From Candidatus Zixiibacteriota bacterium (GTDB taxonomy: Bacteria > Zixibacteria > MSB-5A5 > GN15 > FEB-12): a DNA stretch of 64,000 nt. The DNA is taken from assembly GCA_049290195.1 (NCBI GenBank), contig JBATNE010000165.1, forward strand, positions 1,074 through 65,073, written 5' to 3'. How positions within the stretch are numbered: the first letter of the stretch is position 1; each line of letters begins with the position of its first letter. Position numbers and translations under genes: made by a program. A model generated the notes under the pieces. It was given only the letters and a program-made list of their open reading frames with translations. It made no database searches and was not told where the DNA came from. Of the stretch, positions 58,664-64,000 are shown piece by piece.

Positions 58664-59722
58664 CTACCGACGGTCAAAGAGGCTCGGCGAACCAATGTAC
58701 AGCGGCGAGCCGGAGTCCCGAAGCGGCACGAAATGCACGCTGTCGGCGCTCTTTTCGTACAACCCCACCTGGACCTGTGAAGGGCTGCCATCAAAGGTGA
58801 ACCGGCGGTATGCCGCCACTACCGACCCCGGGTGCCACTTGGTGGTCTTATCCTCCGGCAAGAAATCCAGCGTCTTGGTCACGCTGAGGGCATGATTGCT
58901 GCTGTCAGGCGCCGCCAGTCGGAAGGCGATATGAAAGTCGGACTCGATCTTCTCACGCGGAATAAAATACAACTCTGCCGCATACCAGCTTCCCGCCTGT
59001 TTGGATATCCGCACCGAGGTCAAATCCATTTTGGGCTCAGAAAAAGTCGCCAGACTCTGTGACGGCAGCTTCCCCTTGAACCCCAGGCTCAATAGAAAGC
59101 AACGATCAGACAGGGAGATCCCTCCCGCCGAATCGGACTTCAGCGCGTTGCTGACCATCCGCACATCGATCAACTGCGGCAACAAGTAGGTTTGACCGAA
59201 TTCACGGTGTACGCTATCGGACAACATGAAATACTTGAGCAGCGTGAGCTTCTCAGACAAGCTGGCCGGGTGTGTGTCCGACAGTATTGTCGGACTGACC
59301 ATGGAATCATCGACCGCCTGTCCCCAGGTCTCAAAGAGATTCTTTCGGGCCGCGAGCCGGGAATCTTCCGGGCGGGCAAACGATGCCAGCGTATAGAAAT
59401 CAGCCGCCTGGTCAAACGAGGCCGGCCCCTGCGACGAATATTGCTCAGCCTTGAATTTGAACTTCGCCCCCAGGCGAGTCACCACCGTCCGCCAGTCAGG
59501 GTTGTCCAAAAGCTCCGGATTTTCAGTGTACAAATCGGAAAATACCGCCGTGATCGAGTCAATCGTCCCGAGTTCCCCTGATTCTACTCCGTCCACCAGG
59601 TGCAGTGCCTTTTGCGGGAATCCCTGCGGATTGGCCGCGGTATCATATGCTTTCTTCTCCGGGTTGAACCCGCAACCGGCCAGAAGAACCGCTATACTGA
59701 GTATGGTGAGTATTCGACGCAT
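58664..59722 (-). CDS. Hypothetical lipoprotein
   Basis: ATG 59722 gives MRRILTILSIAVLLAGCGF (lipobox LLAGC). The ORF opens at 59740. I recognise no family. Confidence 0.6.
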   Translation of the reverse strand: MRRILTILSIAVLLAGCGFNPEKKAYDTAANPQGFPQKALHLVDGVESGELGTIDSITAVFSDLYTENPELLDNPDWRTVVTRLGAKFKFKAEQYSSQGPASFDQAADFYTLASFARPEDSRLAARKNLFETWGQAVDDSMVSPTILSDTHPASLSEKLTLLKYFMLSDSVHREFGQTYLLPQLIDVRMVSNALKSDSAGGISLSDRCFLLSLGFKGKLPSQSLATFSEPKMDLTSVRISKQAGSWYAAELYFIPREKIESDFHIAFRLAAPDSSNHALSVTKTLDFLPEDKTTKWHPGSVVAAYRRFTFDGSPSQVQVGLYEKSADSVHFVPLRDSGSPLYIGSPSLFDRR

Positions 59723-59792
59723 GTCGCCCTTAAGATACATTTTTGTCGGGGGTCTGCAAAGTATCTATTATACGCCGGAGCAAAGAGAAGTT

Positions 59793-60428
59793 CTAGAAGA
59801 TGTTGAGAAATGTCGGCATCCAGTCATGGTACAGGAAGTAGACCCGACCGATCAACAGCGAGATTCTCCCCATGACCGTGTAGCCAAAATGAGCACCGAA
59901 GGATATCATGATAAACCATATCCCGATTCGCGCGGTCACCCCGAGCACACCTTTGTGCTCCTTGGAAAAGTAGAAGTAGATCAGCGTGGAAATCACCCCG
60001 AGCACTACGATCGCCGTCAGCAAATAGTTCGGCGCCCCGGCCGTCACCTGCGTCTGCATCGTTGCCGACATCTGCGCCAGCACTTTGCCGTGAAGCTCGG
60101 ACAGAAGGAACACACCCGCCGTATTCCCCATGATGAACGCCAGCCCAATGCGGGAGAGCCAGCTCCATTTGTTGGAGAGACGGGTGAACATCAAAAGCCC
60201 CATTACTCCGGGGACAATGAGCCAGAATCTCGATGCCTCTTGCCCCTCAGTCAGCGGCATCCAGAGCTGCTGGACAATCACCGTGTCCCAGTAGAGACCG
60301 ATATAGTACCCCACCGATATTCCGGCAAAAATATGTTCAGCCATCCGATACATCGGATTGTCTTTGTACAGGAAAGAGAAAATAGCCAGCGTGAATAAGG
60401 CTGCAATCCATAGCTCAAATGTCGCCAT
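59793..60428 (-). CDS. Uncharacterised polytopic membrane protein (gene D of the four-gene cluster)
   Basis: 211 aa with about 6 hydrophobic helices by eye. It lies 5 nt downstream of the preceding gene on the same strand. Confidence 0.65.
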   Translation of the reverse strand: MATFELWIAALFTLAIFSFLYKDNPMYRMAEHIFAGISVGYYIGLYWDTVIVQQLWMPLTEGQEASRFWLIVPGVMGLLMFTRLSNKWSWLSRIGLAFIMGNTAGVFLLSELHGKVLAQMSATMQTQVTAGAPNYLLTAIVVLGVISTLIYFYFSKEHKGVLGVTARIGIWFIMISFGAHFGYTVMGRISLLIGRVYFLYHDWMPTFLNIF

Positions 60429-60433
60429 GACGC

Positions 60434-61270
60434 TTACTCCTCACCCCGAGCTTTGGCCCGCTTGACCATGAAATAACCCAGATTGCCGAGAATAATGAGC
60501 GCGATGATCAGGAAGTGAATGAGCGACTGCGCCCCCATTCCGGTCACCGCCAATGCCGGCTTGTTGACCAGCAACTCGTACTCCGCCGCGCCCTTCATCC
60601 CACCGAGCAGGCCTACCAGCTGACCCGATGCCGCATAGGCGTACTGCTTGGGCGCCATCACCGCCGTCACCCCGGCTCCCACCGGAATGTTGTACTGCGC
60701 ATGGACGATCGATACCCAGTAGTCGATAATGCCGTTGTCCGCGACCACGAACACCATCTTCATATCCTGGTAGTTCTTCACCTTCTGCATCAGCGGAATT
60801 TGCGAAAGCGGCGTGCCGGAATTGTCGGTCGGATAGATCGACGCTATCTCCAGCCCCATCCCCTTCAACACCGAAACGTAGTTCGGTTTGTACCCGAGGT
60901 TGACATAATCCACCCCGTACACCTTGCCGTATTCGGCCGCCATCTCCCGCGTCACTCGCTCCGCTACCGATGGTCCTCCAAACGGTATGGTCGAGACCGT
61001 CACCACTTTCAAGTTCTTCCGGAACATGTGGTGCAGCGCCGCACGAGTCATCGGCTCCGTCTCCGCCAGCGCCTGTGCATACATATCGAAGGTGAGCATT
61101 ACCACCGATGAATCCGGAACCGCTTCAAGCGCGTTGTACAGGTTCTTTGCTTCGGGGGAAATGCCAATCGGGAAATGCGGAACGAATATCAGTGGATAGA
61201 TAACCGCCAGCGCCACCAGGAGGAATATCCAGCGCCGGTCAAGACCGGCCATCCGTTGCCAGATAGTCAT
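60434..61270 (-). CDS. Uncharacterised bitopic membrane protein with central soluble domain (gene C)
   Basis: 278 aa with N-terminal TM WIFLLVALAVIYPLIFV, a soluble region of about 220 aa, and C-terminal TM LIHFLIIALIILGNLGYF. There is a 3-nt gap to the upstream gene. Confidence 0.65.
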   Translation of the reverse strand: MTIWQRMAGLDRRWIFLLVALAVIYPLIFVPHFPIGISPEAKNLYNALEAVPDSSVVMLTFDMYAQALAETEPMTRAALHHMFRKNLKVVTVSTIPFGGPSVAERVTREMAAEYGKVYGVDYVNLGYKPNYVSVLKGMGLEIASIYPTDNSGTPLSQIPLMQKVKNYQDMKMVFVVADNGIIDYWVSIVHAQYNIPVGAGVTAVMAPKQYAYAASGQLVGLLGGMKGAAEYELLVNKPALAVTGMGAQSLIHFLIIALIILGNLGYFMVKRAKARGEE

Positions 61271-61273
61271 GCC

Positions 61274-61933
61274 TTACCCGCGCCCCATGTAGGTCCGCTC
61301 GATACCGACCAGAATGCGAAGCGACATCGAGGCCGCTCCCAGCGCCGCTCCCATGATGATCCCTCGCTGGACCGACATGTTCACGCCGTTCATGATGTAG
61401 GTATTGATGAATCCCGGTAGATAGTGCGAAATGTTGTTTAGAAGCGCTTCCCCCATCGGGACACGCCAGAGCATCACAATCGAAGCCGTCAATAGCAGCA
61501 GTGTTGCTTCCGCGCTTCGTGCCCGAAACGCGCGATATGCCGCCGATGAAATATAAAACGCCAGCATCGCGAACATCGTCCCTGCCATAGGCGTGCTGAC
61601 ATTGACAAACATCCAGTCATAAAACGATCCGGCGTTTCGGCCGAACATCGGCGACCAGCTCGCCGGCAGGAGAGATGGTATCCCCATGATGAACACTGAC
61701 AGCAGAGTCGCCAGGCTGAATATCCAGCCTTCCTTGCGCATCTGCACCGCCCGCATATTCACTCTCAGAATGGAGACCGCTCCGAGCAAGAGCGAGAATC
61801 CGGCCACGATCGATGCCCAGATCAGCATCTTGCCGGAGAGAAGATCGGGCAGAGTATCCGGCTGGGCGAAAAACGCCACTACCATTACCAACCCGGAAAG
61901 AAATGCGATAATCAGGGGAAGTGTGCGTCTCAT
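61274..61933 (-). CDS. Uncharacterised polytopic membrane protein (gene B)
   Basis: 219 aa with about 6 hydrophobic helices by eye. It overlaps the upstream gene by 4 nt. Confidence 0.65.
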   Translation of the reverse strand: MRRTLPLIIAFLSGLVMVVAFFAQPDTLPDLLSGKMLIWASIVAGFSLLLGAVSILRVNMRAVQMRKEGWIFSLATLLSVFIMGIPSLLPASWSPMFGRNAGSFYDWMFVNVSTPMAGTMFAMLAFYISSAAYRAFRARSAEATLLLLTASIVMLWRVPMGEALLNNISHYLPGFINTYIMNGVNMSVQRGIIMGAALGAASMSLRILVGIERTYMGRG

Positions 61934-62844
61934 CGCTGCAAGAATATCCCCACAAAATTTTCACCGATACCAAAACTCACCAGCGCCACACCGACCAGTA
62001 TTGCGGTCGCAATAATGATCTTGGCCAGATCCTGTCCCTTGAGTCCGCCCAGCAGCACCGGCTCGTGCGACAGATACGCCGAGGCCGCATACAACTCTTC
62101 ACCCATCAGCGTATAGTCACAGGTGGCAATAAAGAACGGTATCTGTTCCGGCTCCGCAGTGCCGGCTATCTGAATCGATCCGGCCGCATTGCCGGTCTCG
62201 GCCAGCAGAAGCGACTCGGCATAAAATGCTCCCATAAACACGTTGGCAGCCGGCCGCTCGCGCATCATCAGGCCATTCACCGCCGCCGCAAACGCCATCT
62301 GCTCTCCGGCCACATAGCGAACCGTATCGCGATTGTACGCTTCTTCTTTCCCCGCCTCGATCCATGCCTGCTGGACAACTTCCTGTCCGGCCGCAAGTAC
62401 GAGCGGATATCTGACCGGAACAATGAGCGGGGTTTCATATTGAGCCACTATTCGCGAGACGCGCCCCAGAATCGAGACCGCCGCGATCGTCTGTATATCA
62501 TCCAGTTCCTGCAGACCCGGCACGAACAGCACCGGCTTCCCCATCTCCGTAGCACGTCCGACTGCCTCTTCGACTGCATCAAGTCCCGCAATCTTGCGGA
62601 TGAACAGCTTCTTCCCCTGCTTGGCCCAGCGCGTGTAGAGCAAGATGATTGTCGAAAACGCCACCACCATGATCAGCGCATTGAATCGATCCGACCGGAT
62701 CCACCCGGCTCCGTGCGACTCATCCTGAGCTAGTACGAAATTGGGAAATGCGAGCATCAGCCCGACCATTGCAGTCGTCAGCCCAACGGGAAATCTGGTA
62801 AGGAGAGGTTTCAAACTGGAGAGTTGGCGTGGTCCAAATGTCAT
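61930..62844 (-). CDS. Uncharacterised membrane protein with signal-like N-terminus, soluble domain and C-terminal TM (gene A)
   Basis: 304 aa. It has the signal-like segment GLTTAMVGLMLAFPNFVLAQ, TM FNALIMVVAFSTIILLY, a soluble region of about 200 aa, and C-terminal TM IIIATAILVGVALVSFG. Confidence 0.65.
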   Translation of the reverse strand: MTFGPRQLSSLKPLLTRFPVGLTTAMVGLMLAFPNFVLAQDESHGAGWIRSDRFNALIMVVAFSTIILLYTRWAKQGKKLFIRKIAGLDAVEEAVGRATEMGKPVLFVPGLQELDDIQTIAAVSILGRVSRIVAQYETPLIVPVRYPLVLAAGQEVVQQAWIEAGKEEAYNRDTVRYVAGEQMAFAAAVNGLMMRERPAANVFMGAFYAESLLLAETGNAAGSIQIAGTAEPEQIPFFIATCDYTLMGEELYAASAYLSHEPVLLGGLKGQDLAKIIIATAILVGVALVSFGIGENFVGIFLQR

Positions 62845-63136
62845 CGTCTGCCGGAATTCCGAATACTGGTCTCGATACCTGCTGATCTGGTTTGGTCGTT
62901 CCGTCCTGGTTTACTACTTCTACGCGCAACCCAATAACCGGTTGCTCAATCTGCCCGGATTTCCGGCTCATCGCAATGTATGAGCCATTCATATCGCTAC
63001 TCGTCGGGATGGCCACGCCTACACGACAAGAGGAAAATCCCGATTCCTCGGAATCTTCCCTGATTTTTGATAGGTACTTTCTCGATGGTCAACGGCCGCG
63101 ATCGGAGAATTCAGCTCCGCCACGGCCGAATCGTAA

Positions 63137-64000
63137 TCAGGTAGCCAACGCTTTTTTCAGCGTCTCAATCGCCTCAACCGGCGTCGGGTCGGTATCGTTA
63201 ATGACCGCCAGGTAGTACGATGCAAAGTCACCGATCTGTATCAGACTGAACATCCGTTCCAGAGCCGTATCACCAACCGAACTGATCTCGACTACTTCAA
63301 CACCCTGCTTCTCGATAATCCCCTTCACGATTTCCATCCGGCGGCGGACCTTGGGATGGTCCCCGGCATCCTTGAGGAAGATCACGATCAGGTTGTCGGT
63401 GTGCGGCCCTATTGGATCGGACCAGCCCACCAGTTCGTTGTGGTTGAATTCCGGGAACTGGTTGGCGAACGCCATATTCTTGGAGTTCTCGCACAGCTGC
63501 CCTTTCCAGCGAATACCGACAGTGTCGGTCAGGGTCGGGCCGGTGTAAATTATCGGAATGCGGGCGGCAATCTTCTCCGCCAGCGATTTGGCAATGTTCT
63601 TCTCAGTCGGGTTGTCTTCGATAAGATTATCCCGCTGCTTGATCAGCACCTTGATGGTTGACTGGATCTCCTTGGCCATCCCCTTGACCAGTCCGATCTT
63701 CTCCATCAGCATCAGTACCGGGACAAACGAATACCCCAGCGCCGCGCGCGGCTGCAATCCTGCAGGAAGCGTGACCGTCGGAATCTCGTTCAGCTTGGCC
63801 ACTTCAGCCATCATACCGCCGGTCGTAATCGCCGCGATCTGTGCCTTTCTGGCCAGTGCGTCGTCGAGCGCTTCCAGCGTCTCTTCGGTGTTGCCGCTGT
63901 ACGATGATGCAATCACCATCGTCTCGTCATCGACAAACTCCGGCAGCTTGTAGTTGCGGCAGACATGGAACGGCACCACCAGACGATCCAACAGATATGA
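63137..64000 (-). CDS. Bifunctional phosphoglucose/phosphomannose isomerase (SIS domain), N-terminus outside window
   Basis: The frame is open to the window edge (…SYLLDRLVVPFHVCRNYKLPEFV). SIS motif ASSYSGNTEETL. PGI/PMI-like C-terminal half NMAFANQFPEFNHNELVGW. Confidence 0.8.
   Translation of the reverse strand, partial: SYLLDRLVVPFHVCRNYKLPEFVDDETMVIASSYSGNTEETLEALDDALARKAQIAAITTGGMMAEVAKLNEIPTVTLPAGLQPRAALGYSFVPVLMLMEKIGLVKGMAKEIQSTIKVLIKQRDNLIEDNPTEKNIAKSLAEKIAARIPIIYTGPTLTDTVGIRWKGQLCENSKNMAFANQFPEFNHNELVGWSDPIGPHTDNLIVIFLKDAGDHPKVRRRMEIVKGIIEKQGVEVVEISSVGDTALERMFSLIQIGDFASYYLAVINDTDPTPVEAIETLKKALAT

Noticed and set aside
62720-63016. 98-aa minus-strand ORF in the spacer upstream of membrane gene A
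   Set aside because: Its last ~40 codons overlap the convincing signal-peptide region of gene A in another frame. It has no SD and no recognisable motif. I kept only the observation that the spacer is unusually long.

Overview
The window reads as a gene-dense chromosomal segment (about 46 protein-coding genes) from a moderately GC-rich bacterium that uses Shine-Dalgarno sites. Secreted proteins ending in a Cys-flanked, dockerin-like twin module ([20 protein letters not shown]) remind me of uncultivated FCB-superphylum or Zixibacteria-like lineages. That taxonomic guess is only an inference. I saw no rRNA, tRNA, CRISPR array, transposase or integrase by eye.

Content in order:
- kdpD (5' truncated) and kdpE.
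- A small internally duplicated protein, then a GNAT acetyltransferase.
- A three-gene sulfur-relay operon: SQR-like flavoprotein, single-Cys TusE/DsrC-like protein, DsrE-like protein.
- A heavy-metal RND pair (CzcB/CzcA-like) preceded by a tiny secreted Cys-rich protein.
- An orphan fragment of a phage-tail-fibre (peptidase S74) chaperone domain.
- A DUF1772-like membrane protein, a secreted esterase-PDZ protein and an OPT transporter.
- A Ser/Thr kinase fused to TolB-like beta-propellers.
- A secreted GH31 with F5/8 and NPCBM modules, a Tat-ankyrin protein and an orphan HDOD protein.
- An AcrAB-like RND pair and a secreted GH47 alpha-mannosidase.
- A LytS/LytTR pair and a FG-GAP/TSP3/dockerin-like secreted protein.
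- A cupin and an S9 prolyl oligopeptidase.
- A five-gene signalling operon: REC-HK, REC, HDOD, REC-HD-GYP and a multi-PAS hybrid HK.
- An S41 peptidase, a VOC protein, a STAS-like protein plus a second multi-PAS hybrid HK, and a BBE-type FAD oxidase.
- A GIY-YIG nuclease gene framed by structured inverted repeats.
- ahcY, metK and an NDP-sugar pyrophosphorylase.
- A lipoprotein, four tightly packed uncharacterised membrane proteins, and a PGI/PMI SIS isomerase (5' end outside the window).

The best candidates for something undescribed are:
- the four-gene membrane operon at 59793-62844;
- the GIY-YIG mini-cassette at 54531-54989;
- the Cys-rich mini-protein in front of the czc genes.

All family calls come from motif recognition by eye. 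No database search or computation was run.
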